A stretch of DNA of 64,000 bases from Candidatus Heimdallarchaeota archaeon (GCA_019057815.1 JAHLWR010000007.1:1-64000), one strand, 5' to 3'. Positions 10,618 through 20,253 are shown, counted from the stretch's first letter. Translations and numbers: made by a program. Notes: a model not told the origin generated them from the letters alone.

Positions 10618-10685
10618 AGATAATATGTAATTATTAAATTATTAAATTTTTTTCTTGGTCTTTCTATACTTTCTTCCTTCTTTCT

Positions 10686-11153
10686 TTATTTCCATTTGTG
10701 GCTTTCTTCTTTACACAGACTGTTTTCATTTAGTAAACCTAATTTGATATATATTTCCACTGCTTTTCTCTCTATCAGTTTTTCTTCTATTTCTTCTCTT
10801 AGCATTTTTAATGTTTCTTCCGGTATCTCATCCAATTCTTGTTTTATCTCCCCTCTCAATCCTTCTAACACTCTTTGACTTATTTTCCCTAATATGTACT
10901 CATATGGTATTATCACCGCTATCATTCCTATTGTTGTTCCTATTGTCATCACTACTCCCACCACTCTAGCTATTACTATCACTATTGCTAGAATTGTTCC
11001 CTCTTCATTTAACCAAAATGCTACTACTGTCACTGCTACACTTATTAATACATATAATCCCCATTGCCCTATCTCTGTCCAATGAAAGAACTTTCCTTCC
11101 CTTTTATTCATCCTTTTTACGTATTCTCTCGCTATCTCTATGTCGCTTTTCAC
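10686..11153 (-). CDS. Hypothetical 2-TM protein (strongly purine-rich coding strand)
   Basis: 155 aa ORF with two hydrophobic helices; abuts the upstream ORF. Confidence 0.55.
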   Translation of the reverse strand: MKSDIEIAREYVKRMNKREGKFFHWTEIGQWGLYVLISVAVTVVAFWLNEEGTILAIVIVIARVVGVVMTIGTTIGMIAVIIPYEYILGKISQRVLEGLRGEIKQELDEIPEETLKMLREEIEEKLIERKAVEIYIKLGLLNENSLCKEESHKWK

Positions 11154-11471
11154 TTAACTCATCCCTTCCGTCAGTATTTTCCCTACTGCCCTTGTCGTCA
11201 TCATGAACGTTTTCTTCAATTCCTCTTGCTCATATATCAGTTCATGTAAATTCTTTAGCGATATCTCTCTCTTGTTCTCATCTACTATCTTTATCTCTAT
11301 CCCCCATCCCCTTCCTTCCCTTGTTTCTTCTTCTAATTGTTCCTTTTGTTCTTCTATGAACCTTGCTAATATTTTTTCTAGTCTTTCACTGTTTATTACC
11401 TTGTATTTTGCTATCTCTATACTCTTCTCTTCTTTTCCCCCATATAGTTTCAGTATCATTCCCCACGTCAT
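11154..11471 (-). CDS. Hypothetical protein
   Basis: 105 aa E/K/I-rich ORF coupled to the downstream ORF. Confidence 0.5.
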   Translation of the reverse strand: MTWGMILKLYGGKEEKSIEIAKYKVINSERLEKILARFIEEQKEQLEEETREGRGWGIEIKIVDENKREISLKNLHELIYEQEELKKTFMMTTRAVGKILTEGMS

Positions 11472-11581
11472 TTCTTTTCTATCTTTTTATCTCTCATTTC
11501 CTTTTTATACTCGGCTAGTTTTCCCTACATCTAAACTGCATTTTTCTCTATTCCCTAATATTTTTATTACCTTTTTTCTTT

Positions 11582-11788
11582 TACATTCTTACTGAAACTC
11601 TCAAATCTTTCTAAGCTACTATCAATGGTCTAACCATTGAACCTGTTTGGATCCCTAAAACAGCTGTCAATAAAGAAAGCTACACTGTTAAAGATTGGAG
11701 GGTTAAACTCTTCAAAGAAGGAAAGACTGAATGGAAGAAAGAGAAGAAAAAGATAGTACAGACGAATTTATCTTCTTTCGCTGAATAA
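11582..11788 (+). pseudogene. Small virus/MGE-like protein remnant with C-terminal PIP box
   Basis: YILTETLKSF*ATINGLTIEPVWIPKTAVNKESYTVKDW..KKIVQTNLSSFAE*. In-frame TAA at 11612; resembles ETxKA..WIPKS small phage proteins. Confidence 0.5.
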
Positions 11789-11806
11789 TATATCAGAATC
11801 TACCTA

Positions 11807-12622
11807 ATGACAATCTATTTATCAAATAAGAAAAAGTACCAAACTAGAATGTCAATAGGAAATTCCAAATCAGAAATAATGCCAGATAAATATGATTTTT
11901 ATCGTAAACTTATGCAAGTTACACTAGAAAATACAAATCAATTGAGGAAAGATGCATTATTATTACGAGAAAAACTTTCTTTTGGTCATGCATATTCTCT
12001 AGCTATTTTAGGTTTTGAAGAATTAGCAAAATGCTGGTTTGTTTTCGGCTTATTCATCGGAGAATATCAGGAAAAAGATGAACTTGTTTTAGATATTACT
12101 AGTAATCATCTAACAAAGCAAGAGTTAGGATGGCTAATTATCGCTGAGTTAGTTTTAATGGATTGGTTTGAACAGACTGAATTTAAATCAGAAATTCAGG
12201 AAATTGCGAAACAAGTAAGGAAGGGTGAAATCAGTCTCGAATCATACACTAAGAAGTATTTGAAGTATGCAGATATTGAAAGTAAATCATCTGATGTTGC
12301 TAAGAGAGTTATGGAATTAAAGGAAATTCTTGAGAAACTTGAATCTGATAATAAATTTATGGTAAGAAGAAAGAATGAGGGATTTTATGTTGATTTTGAC
12401 TTGAAAAAAAGAAAGATTACAAGCTCTCCAGACAAATTCATTCTAGATGACATACAATTTATTGATACTTTCAATGGTTTCTATCTCTATACTGAAGAAA
12501 TTTTGCGATCTATAGTAGATAATCTTAAACGTAAAAGCATCCAAGAAGGATTAAAGAACATGAGAACCTTCTTCGGGCAATTTAGAGATTATTTTGAAAA
12601 ACAAGAAAAGGACAGTAATTAG
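11807..12622 (+). CDS. AbiV-family abortive infection protein
   Basis: LRKDALLL..GHAYSLAILGFEELAK..NHLTKQ..KNEGFYVD. Confidence 0.8.
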   Translation: MTIYLSNKKKYQTRMSIGNSKSEIMPDKYDFYRKLMQVTLENTNQLRKDALLLREKLSFGHAYSLAILGFEELAKCWFVFGLFIGEYQEKDELVLDITSNHLTKQELGWLIIAELVLMDWFEQTEFKSEIQEIAKQVRKGEISLESYTKKYLKYADIESKSSDVAKRVMELKEILEKLESDNKFMVRRKNEGFYVDFDLKKRKITSSPDKFILDDIQFIDTFNGFYLYTEEILRSIVDNLKRKSIQEGLKNMRTFFGQFRDYFEKQEKDSN

Positions 12623-12635
12623 AATTTATCCTCTC

Positions 12636-13589
12636 TTAGTTATTATTCTCCGCGATCTGGACAGTATCCTCTCCCATCTCGTCTGTTGAAATAGTCGTTT
12701 TCTCAGGGAATTTAGTATAGATCGCTTTTATTATCCCCATGTTAAATAACATCGCACCCCCTAGCGCTAAATAGACAAATATAACCCCAACCCATATCCA
12801 TGATATATAGTCCTCTATATAGACATTCCCAAACACTTCTACAAAGGTATTGAAAAGGCAATGTGCTATCATTCCTGGTACTAAACTTTTAGTTTTTATA
12901 AATAGATAACCATATACTATCCCACTGAAAAAAGTTTGCATTACTTGAAACTGTACTCCAATCACGTGGTAGAATATGTCTGAATCACTATAATAGATTG
13001 AATTTATCAGATTAGCATTATGGAAAAACCCAAACAATAACGCGCTTATTAATATTGACTCTTTTTCCGAGTATTTTTTTAGTAATAATGTTATTGTTAT
13101 TCCTCTAAATAACACTTCTTCCCATATTCCTGGTATCACCGAAATATAGATTTCTGACCTTGGTCCAAGTATTACTTTTATATCCCATTCAAATGCTACA
13201 GTGTGTAACTGTTCTGATATTAATGACCCTACCAGTACACACGTTAACTCCACTCCAGCTATTAATATCCCTATCCCTATTATTCTTATTAGAGGTTTTA
13301 TTTTTGTTATCCTTATCGCTTTTAGAAACTCCTCGTATCCCTTGTTTTTTCCTTGTATTTTCATTACATCAGGTACAATTATCATTAACAGTAATGCTAA
13401 AAGAGCAAATGTTATTAAGAATATTATATAATAATTATCAAACAAATACTCTACATTTCTCAACCCATAATGTACTAGAAATACTATCGCTATATATAAT
13501 ATGATTAACAAAATTATTGTTATCCAGATATTTTTTCCAAAAAAACTCTCCTTGTATTCTTCTTTATTTTTCATTTCCACTTTTTGCAT
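12636..13589 (-). CDS. CPBP/CAAX (Abi) intramembrane glutamic protease
   Basis: WEEVLFRG, FGFFH and AHCLFN motifs; multiple TM helices. Confidence 0.9.
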   Translation of the reverse strand: MQKVEMKNKEEYKESFFGKNIWITIILLIILYIAIVFLVHYGLRNVEYLFDNYYIIFLITFALLALLLMIIVPDVMKIQGKNKGYEEFLKAIRITKIKPLIRIIGIGILIAGVELTCVLVGSLISEQLHTVAFEWDIKVILGPRSEIYISVIPGIWEEVLFRGITITLLLKKYSEKESILISALLFGFFHNANLINSIYYSDSDIFYHVIGVQFQVMQTFFSGIVYGYLFIKTKSLVPGMIAHCLFNTFVEVFGNVYIEDYISWIWVGVIFVYLALGGAMLFNMGIIKAIYTKFPEKTTISTDEMGEDTVQIAENNN

Positions 13590-13701
13590 TCACTCTCTTC
13601 CTCTTTATTCCCTTGCTTTTTTTCTATTCTTTTCTATTGTTTTTTTCTCACTAATAAATCTTATATGTAGTATTTATAGAGGGAGACTTTCACACTTGAG
13701 G

Positions 13702-13748
13702 AGAAGGAGAAGTGTCAACTACTGACACTCCCCAAAATTTCTCCTTCT
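13702..13748. repeat. Interrupted inverted repeat (hairpin)
   Basis: AGAAGGAGAA(13702-11) pairs with TTCTCCTTCT(13739-48); AGTGTCA(13711-17) pairs with TGACACT(13723-29). Confidence 0.5.
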
Positions 13749-14668
13749 GGTGATTCACTGACTAGCTCCGTCAAAAAGAAGTCTAAAGTTTGTTTTTTCT
13801 TTTCTTTTAATACTCTCACCATACATTTTATTTCACATTCTGGACATGCTGATATGCATGCTTTTCCTTCGTATAATTTTCCTGCTGTTCTCCATCTTGC
13901 GTTCTTTTTTCCTGTCATATAACTTTGATATGGTTTATATCTTTCCCTTTCCACTTCTTCCCACATTGAATTCTTTCTTCTTGTTTTTTCTGTTTTTCTC
14001 AATATTCTTGCTGGTTGTTCCAATGTTTGTATTTTCCCTCTCATCAATTCTCCTTGTTTCTCCCATCTTTCGTCTTTTTCTTTGAATGCAAACGTTACTA
14101 CCCTTAAAGCTACTTTCCCTCCTTTCTCCTGATATTCTTCTGCTAGTTTTACCCTTTCTCTTAACTCCTCTTTTTCATCTACTGCCGATACTGTTATGTT
14201 TAGTATCGTCTCCCTTCTTATCATTCTCTCTATTTGTCTCTCTGTTGGTCTTTTCCACATCCTTGTTATTATTACCGGTGTCTTTCCCTTCTCTGCTACT
14301 ATTTCCGCACATCTTGTTGTTAGTTCCCAATCCCAGCTTGGTGCTCCGTCTACTCCTATCCTTATCCATCTCTCTTTACACTTTTTCAGATCCTTTCTCA
14401 ATAGCTCTTCTTTCAATATCATTTTTACTGGTTTTCCGAATATTTTCTTGTATCTTCTCACTGCTTCTTCTGAATAGCAATCCCACCTACATCTTGGATA
14501 TTCTTGGTTCTTGTATGCTGGACATCCTCTCACCGTATCCAAGCAATTCCCTCCTTTTTGTATCTGCTTCCTTCCCCATTCCTTCTCTTTGTGGTTTGCT
14601 TTTGTTGTCTTGTTCGTCCCTTTCAATCTTATTGGTATTTCTTTATATTCTTCTTTTTCTCTTATCAC
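13715..14668 (-). CDS. Divergent radical-SAM-like protein of phage/MGE type
   Basis: LDTVRGC..RCRWDCYS Cys cluster, RIGVDGAPSWDW, ITRMW, ITVSAVD, C-terminal CxxxCxxCxxxC. Confidence 0.55.
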   Translation of the reverse strand: MIREKEEYKEIPIRLKGTNKTTKANHKEKEWGRKQIQKGGNCLDTVRGCPAYKNQEYPRCRWDCYSEEAVRRYKKIFGKPVKMILKEELLRKDLKKCKERWIRIGVDGAPSWDWELTTRCAEIVAEKGKTPVIITRMWKRPTERQIERMIRRETILNITVSAVDEKEELRERVKLAEEYQEKGGKVALRVVTFAFKEKDERWEKQGELMRGKIQTLEQPARILRKTEKTRRKNSMWEEVERERYKPYQSYMTGKKNARWRTAGKLYEGKACISACPECEIKCMVRVLKEKKKQTLDFFLTELVSESPEGEILGSVSS

Positions 14669-14669
14669 T

Positions 14670-15374
14670 TTACTCCCTCCTTCTGGTGTTCTTCTTGATG
14701 TAAATGATTAGGTTCTCTTTGTAATAGCTTCTTAACTTCTCTATTGCTTCCTCTATCTCTTCTTCTGAATTATTCATTATTTGATGTTCTGACTCTATGA
14801 ATTCTTCGTATGTCATCCCTCTTTTTGCTTCTATCTCTTCTGCTAGTCTTTCTCTGTTTAGTATCACTGTTTTTCCTTTGATTTCTATCGCATTGTAAAA
14901 CGGTATCGAGTCTACTTTTAGCTCATCACATATCTCTTCTATTATTTTGTTGCTCATCTTCCTCCCTCCTCTATCTAATTCCATTATCTCCTGTATCTCT
15001 ATCATTTCTATAGCTTTCCTTGCTATTATCTCCTTATTTATCTCTATTTCTTCTCCCTCTTGATCTACTATTCTTATTCTGAAACTCTCCCACTCTTCAA
15101 ATATGCTCGAATATCTTTCTGGGTTTCTTTCTACTTCTTGCATATACTCTATATATTTCTCTGCTAGTTCCTTTATCCCTCTTATCTTCTCTCTTCTTCT
15201 CTCGTATGTTTTTGTTCTTGCTTCTGTTCTTCCATATGGGTTCATCATATAATCTTGTTCCTCTTCTACTCTCTTGTTTGTATAACTTACCCATATAATA
15301 GCAAATGAGGGGTTTTTTTCTATTTTTTTGCTTTCTTGTTTGTTTTTTTCTTTTTGACCTTCTTCTACTGTCAC
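14670..15374 (-). CDS. Hypothetical protein
   Basis: 234 aa E/I/K/R-rich ORF; GGTGA upstream; coupled to the downstream gene. Confidence 0.5.
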   Translation of the reverse strand: MTVEEGQKEKNKQESKKIEKNPSFAIIWVSYTNKRVEEEQDYMMNPYGRTEARTKTYERRREKIRGIKELAEKYIEYMQEVERNPERYSSIFEEWESFRIRIVDQEGEEIEINKEIIARKAIEMIEIQEIMELDRGGRKMSNKIIEEICDELKVDSIPFYNAIEIKGKTVILNRERLAEEIEAKRGMTYEEFIESEHQIMNNSEEEIEEAIEKLRSYYKENLIIYIKKNTRRRE

Positions 15375-16153
15375 CTTGAATCACCATGTAAACATATACC
15401 TTTGTACACTTAAACTTTCAGTGTCAAAACCGTCTATAGACCATTGAAAGTATTCTATTCTTTATCTTAGCCCTTTTTTCTTCTTAGCTAATTCTTATTA
15501 ATCCTCTATTCTTCTTCTCTCTTGGAGTTAGTTTCTTTACTGTCTGAATCACCAATTCATGACAAAACTAACTCCATTTTCTATCTAAGAAAACTTAACA
15601 TATATTCCGCATTTAGTTTTAAAGATTTTATTGAAAATAACTTTGAATTTGTAATAAATGAAAAAATTAGAATTTTTGATATATTATTTTTTAAACCAAG
15701 TATAGTCTTCTTTGTTTTTATTTCTCTGAACTCTCTATTTCTGTATCAAAAAAAATTTGCCCGTTGTTAGAATTTTCCAAACCCCTTAGTAATGTTCATT
15801 ATTTTTCGATTCTCTAACCATTTCTATAGCCATTTCACCTTGTTCTTTCTCTTTTCCTTTCTCTAATAATTCCATAGTCTAACATAATATCCGACAAAAC
15901 AACTAATATTTATACTTGCGAATTAACTCTTCTTAGTCTTTTCGTATGCACTAACACCTTAGTTGTTTCTGACTAACGACTAGGTACATTAGAAGTCGTC
16001 TCTAACATACGATAACACTAATAATTACTTGTTCTACACTTTCTAATTACTCAATAGCTTTTCTTCTAGAATAGTTCAACAGTTTAGTCGTATTTTTTCC
16101 TCGACAAATAGATTCCCTTATAAAACTATCTGTTGACCTTTTTTCAGAGTAGA

Positions 16154-17407
16154 ATGTCGGCTCAATCAGCTCCTAATTTTGATCTATGTGTTGTATGTAA
16201 AACTTCTAGATTGCTTTGTGGTGAGAAAACTTGCCTTTTACTCAAAAAATGGTTCTCAAATGCGCATATGGTTGAACCTAAAATTACTAAGTTAGATGAT
16301 TCTTTTGCTCCTCCAGCTTTTTTTGTAGGATATGTTGGATACCCTAGAATTAATGCAGGTCCTATGATTACAGCTGATAGGATTTCTTCTGAATTAATAG
16401 ATAATGCTGAAGCTTGGGTAGACAAAACACAGGAAGAAATCGTACAAATGCGCTTATCACTTTTCAGAACACATTCTAGAATAGATGTTAAAAAACCTTT
16501 AGAATCTGATATAATTCAGAGAAGTCATGAAGTTCTATTAGGTGTAAAATCAGTAGATGTTGAGATTGAATTAGAAAAACCTATTATCCCTCGTATTCTC
16601 TTGAATGAAAGAACTGCTCCAAGTGGCCCTATTGCTCCTATAAGAAAACTAACAGTTAATGAAAATCAAACTCCACTGAAACCTTTGGAAAAAGCTTTCT
16701 ATGATACAGATCTGAAAGCAGGTGAAGCTGTGGGAATATTAGGTAAAGAAAAAATCAATACAAATATTCTTACAAGAGTGTTTTCAGCTGGAATGTTAGG
16801 CGTAGAAAAAAACAGAAAATTAGTTCCTACTCGTTGGAGTATAACAGCCGTAGATCAGATATTATCAAAGCAGAACATCACAAAGATAAAGAATTTCCAA
16901 GAATTAGGAGAATACAGAATTTTCAAAAGTTACTTTTTTGGCAACCGTTTTGCAATTATTTTTACTCCAGATGTCTGGAGTTTTGAATTAATTGAAGCAT
17001 GGTTTTCAGGTTCTTATATGAATCCATCAATCAAAGATGTAGGAGTACAGGATCATGAGCTTTACAAAGGAAGAACGTCATATGCACATAACACAGCAGG
17101 TGGATACTACGCCTCTAGATTAGGAGTAACAGAATATTTGACGAAAATTCAAAGGCAAGCTCAAATAATGATCTTTAGGGAAATTGATCAAAGTTATAGA
17201 TTCCCATTGGGAGTTTGGGTAGTTAGACAAGGAGTAAGACTTGCGCTCGCAAATAAATATGAGATAATTGATACGATTGAAAAAGCAATTCTGAGAGCTA
17301 AAACATTTTCTCAGCTAAAATATCCTCTGAATTATTGGAAAAACAAATCTGAACTCTACAAATTCCATAAAAATCAAACAAAACTGGATAAGTTCCTAAA
17401 AATGTGA
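16154..17407 (+). CDS. nre: Nre family archaeal DNA repair protein
   Basis: CVVCKTSRLLCGEKTC, PPAFFVGYVGYP, RKLVPTRWSITAVD, GGYYASRL, PLGVWVVR, C-terminal PIP box QTKLDKFL. Confidence 0.92.
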   Translation: MSAQSAPNFDLCVVCKTSRLLCGEKTCLLLKKWFSNAHMVEPKITKLDDSFAPPAFFVGYVGYPRINAGPMITADRISSELIDNAEAWVDKTQEEIVQMRLSLFRTHSRIDVKKPLESDIIQRSHEVLLGVKSVDVEIELEKPIIPRILLNERTAPSGPIAPIRKLTVNENQTPLKPLEKAFYDTDLKAGEAVGILGKEKINTNILTRVFSAGMLGVEKNRKLVPTRWSITAVDQILSKQNITKIKNFQELGEYRIFKSYFFGNRFAIIFTPDVWSFELIEAWFSGSYMNPSIKDVGVQDHELYKGRTSYAHNTAGGYYASRLGVTEYLTKIQRQAQIMIFREIDQSYRFPLGVWVVRQGVRLALANKYEIIDTIEKAILRAKTFSQLKYPLNYWKNKSELYKFHKNQTKLDKFLKM

Positions 17408-17425
17408 GATTCTGTCTAATATGCA
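17398..17425 (+). repeat. 28-bp direct repeat, copy 1 (includes the nre stop codon)
   Basis: AAAAATGTGAGATTCTGTCTAATATGCA; 27/28 identical to 19047-19074. Confidence 0.85.
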
Positions 17426-17548
17426 AGGTGAATTCTACAAATAATTACCTTCCTTTCCAGACATGTCTGAACAATTTCCTAGTCTATTAAGTGTACAAAG
17501 AACTCAAAGAGTAGATAAGTAAATATATGAATAAAAGCTTGATATAAG

Positions 17549-18913
17549 ATGATTATTTACATGATGCGAGACACAAAAAATAGAAAATTAATAATAGAAG
17601 AGAAAAAAGAATTTGATTCTATAACAATCAAAGTTTTGCATGTGGATGATGAAGAAGATTTCTTGGAACTCACAAAAATATATTTAGAAAAAATCAGTAA
17701 TCAAAAGTTGCATGTTGAATATATCTCCTCTCCTGAGGAAGTTTTAGAACATCTAAAAACACATAATTATGATGTGCTAATTTCAGATTACCAAATGCCT
17801 ACGATTGATGGTCTTGAATTAATCGAGCAGTTACGGAATCAAGATAATGATATTCCTTTCATAATATTTACCGGTAAAGGTCGGGAAGAAGTGGCAATAA
17901 GAGCATTGAACTTAGGTGCTGATTATTATATAAAGAAAGGAACAGATTCTAAAAGCCAGTATACAGAATTAGTTCACTTAATTAATCGAGTTGTTAAAGA
18001 AAAGACTTTAGAGAAAGAACTCTATAGAAGCCAAGAACGTTTTAAAGCATTTTTTGATTATTCAGGAATGGGAATTGCTTTTAAAAATTTACAGAGAGAG
18101 ATACTACAAGTAAACAAAACACTACAGGACATGTTAAATTATGAAGAAGAAGAGCTTCTTAATCTGAGTATTTCTGAAATTTCTCATCATGAAGATATAC
18201 AAAAAGACAAGGAATTATTCAACGAGCTTATTGAAGGGAAAAGTGACAAATATTCAATAATAAAGCGTTGTATAAAAAAGAATGGTGAAATAATTTGGTT
18301 TAAAACAACTGTAACTCTTGTTCCTGATTCTACAGGTCAAAAAACACTAATTATTAATATATTTGAGGATATAACAGAAAAAATTGAGAAGAATTTAGAA
18401 ATAAAGAGATTTAATAGAGTGCGAAAAGTGATAATTGAGAGTAATAATGCTCTTTTTCAAGCAAATGATTTAATAGTATTTTTAAACGAAATATGTAAAA
18501 TAATCATAACAATAGGGGGGTATCATTTAGCTTGGATTGGTCTTGCTGAAAATGAAGAAACAAAGATTGTTCACCCAATAGCTCAAGTTGGTTTCGACGC
18601 AGGATATCTCGATACAGTAAAAATCACTTGGGATAATACAGTTTATGGACAAGGTCCAACTGGAACTGCAATAAGAACAGGAGAAATAGTAATCAATAGA
18701 GAAACTGCTACAGAACCTACATATAGGCCTTGGAGAACTGATGCACTTAAGAGAGGATATGCTTCTTCAATTGCATTACCTTTGACATCAAAAGAAAAAA
18801 TTATTGGTGCCTTAAATATTTATTCAAAAGAAAAAAACGTTTTTAACAAAGAGGAAGTTGATCTTTTAAGAAACCTTTCCAATTGCATAAGCTATGGAAT
18901 AATGAAACTGTAG
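17549..18913 (+). CDS. REC-PAS-GAF signalling protein without output domain
   Basis: VLHVDDEE..ISDYQMP..FTGKG..YYIKKG receiver, then PAS, then GAF (GQGPTGTAIRTG..SSIALPL..GALNIYS). Confidence 0.9.
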   Translation: MIIYMMRDTKNRKLIIEEKKEFDSITIKVLHVDDEEDFLELTKIYLEKISNQKLHVEYISSPEEVLEHLKTHNYDVLISDYQMPTIDGLELIEQLRNQDNDIPFIIFTGKGREEVAIRALNLGADYYIKKGTDSKSQYTELVHLINRVVKEKTLEKELYRSQERFKAFFDYSGMGIAFKNLQREILQVNKTLQDMLNYEEEELLNLSISEISHHEDIQKDKELFNELIEGKSDKYSIIKRCIKKNGEIIWFKTTVTLVPDSTGQKTLIINIFEDITEKIEKNLEIKRFNRVRKVIIESNNALFQANDLIVFLNEICKIIITIGGYHLAWIGLAENEETKIVHPIAQVGFDAGYLDTVKITWDNTVYGQGPTGTAIRTGEIVINRETATEPTYRPWRTDALKRGYASSIALPLTSKEKIIGALNIYSKEKNVFNKEEVDLLRNLSNCISYGIMKL

Positions 18914-19046
18914 ATATATTCTAGTATAAACAAAAAAAAGAAATATAGTTCTTTATTCCTCAAAGATACTTAGAAATAGATTCTCAAACTTGACAATATC
19001 TTGGTGTTATTGTGCGTTTCGTCAGAAACATCATAAAAAGAAATAG

Positions 19047-19074
19047 AAAAATGTGAGATTCTGTCTAAGATGCA
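19047..19074 (+). repeat. 28-bp direct repeat, copy 2
   Basis: AAAAATGTGAGATTCTGTCTAAGATGCA. Confidence 0.85.
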
Positions 19075-19087
19075 GATGCTAACTGCG

Positions 19088-19168
19088 TTTGCAATTTATG
19101 CAAATGCTAACATTTAAATACGCCCCTAAACTAATAGAGTTAGAGTTTGCGAAAAATGCAAAGGGTGA
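19088..19168 (+). promoter_or_regulatory. Promoter of ABC operon: TATA box flanked by two TTTGCR-N5-TGCAAA palindromes, then SD
   Basis: TTTGCAatttaTGCAAA 19088-19104; TTTAAATA 19113-19120; TTTGCGaaaaaTGCAAA 19146-19162; GGTGA 19164-68; ATG 19173. Confidence 0.65.
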
Positions 19169-19172
19169 ACTT

Positions 19173-20243
19173 ATGATTACAGATAAAAATACTGATGAAA
19201 TTGTTATAAGCCTTAGAAATTTAACAAAGAGGTTTAGGAACTTTACCGCAGTTTCTAATATTTCCCTTGATATCAAAAAAGGTGAAATCGTTGGTTTTCT
19301 TGGTCCAAATGGTGCAGGGAAAACCACCACCATGAAAATGATAGCACGTTTATTAATCCCTGAAGAAGGAGAGATTTGGATCCGAGGAAATGGAGTGCTT
19401 CAATTACTGACTGGAAGAAACAAAGATTATTTGTTAGACGAAGTGGGATTTTTGATTGAGAATCCTGCTTTTTACAAACACATGACCCCTCGTCAAATTC
19501 TATCTTATTTTGCAGAATTAAAGGGGTATCCTAAACAAAAGATTTCGTCTAGGGTTAAAGAAGTCGTTGAAATGATGGGACTGTCTGAATGGATTGATAA
19601 GAAACTAGGAACATTTTCTAAAGGTATGCGCCAAAAAATAGGTATTGTTTCAGCGATTGTTCATGACCCAACAATAATCGTATTAGATGAGCCACAAACA
19701 GGCCTTGACCCTAAAGCGAGAAAAGAAGTTCGTGACTTTTTAAAGAACTTGAAATCTCAAGGAAAAACGATTTTTTTGAGCAGTCATTTACTCTATGAAG
19801 TAGGTGAGATAGCTGATCGGATTGGTATAATTTACCATGGGAAGCTTATTGCTTTTGATACTATAGAGAATCTTGAACAGCTCGCTCAGAAAAGTGTTTT
19901 GCATTTAGAATTATTCTCTTTACCGGAAAATATTGATCAAAAAATTGTTCAATTAATAAATATTGTAGAACCCTTAACTGGATTAGATAATGTTTCTCAG
20001 AGTGTTACATATAATCACGATTTAAAAGTTTTTGAAGTTCTTTTTAATGGAAATCCTAAGAATCAATTAGAAATTTTTAAAGCTCTTTCTGAGAGCGGTA
20101 TAGATATTATTGGTTGTGCTGTACCTCGAACCAACCTTTTAGAGGATTTATATTTGAATTATATTTCTCAAGATGAAGAGTTAAGAGCTAATCGACAAAA
20201 TATACCTTCAAATATAGTTGAAATGGAGGATATGTCGAATTAA
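19173..20243 (+). CDS. ABC-2 type transporter ATP-binding protein
   Basis: GPNGAGKTT, FSKGMRQK, LDEP, SSH. Start moved to the SD-preceded ATG. Confidence 0.95.
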   Translation: MITDKNTDEIVISLRNLTKRFRNFTAVSNISLDIKKGEIVGFLGPNGAGKTTTMKMIARLLIPEEGEIWIRGNGVLQLLTGRNKDYLLDEVGFLIENPAFYKHMTPRQILSYFAELKGYPKQKISSRVKEVVEMMGLSEWIDKKLGTFSKGMRQKIGIVSAIVHDPTIIVLDEPQTGLDPKARKEVRDFLKNLKSQGKTIFLSSHLLYEVGEIADRIGIIYHGKLIAFDTIENLEQLAQKSVLHLELFSLPENIDQKIVQLINIVEPLTGLDNVSQSVTYNHDLKVFEVLFNGNPKNQLEIFKALSESGIDIIGCAVPRTNLLEDLYLNYISQDEELRANRQNIPSNIVEMEDMSN

Positions 20244-20253
20244 GGTGAATAAA

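Noticed and set aside
13160-14711. Several L/F/S-rich plus-strand ORFs that look like membrane proteins
   Set aside because: Artefacts of the pyrimidine-rich strand lacking stops; antisense to real genes.
13748-15386. TGGTGATTCA / TGAATCACCA as terminal inverted repeats
   Set aside because: Only 10 bp, contains the common GGTGA SD motif, and the flanking spacing does not match.
15430-16130. Long intergenic stretch as origin, ncRNA or pseudogene
   Set aside because: No ORB-like repeats, adjacent cdc6 or convincing structure; frames are riddled with stops.
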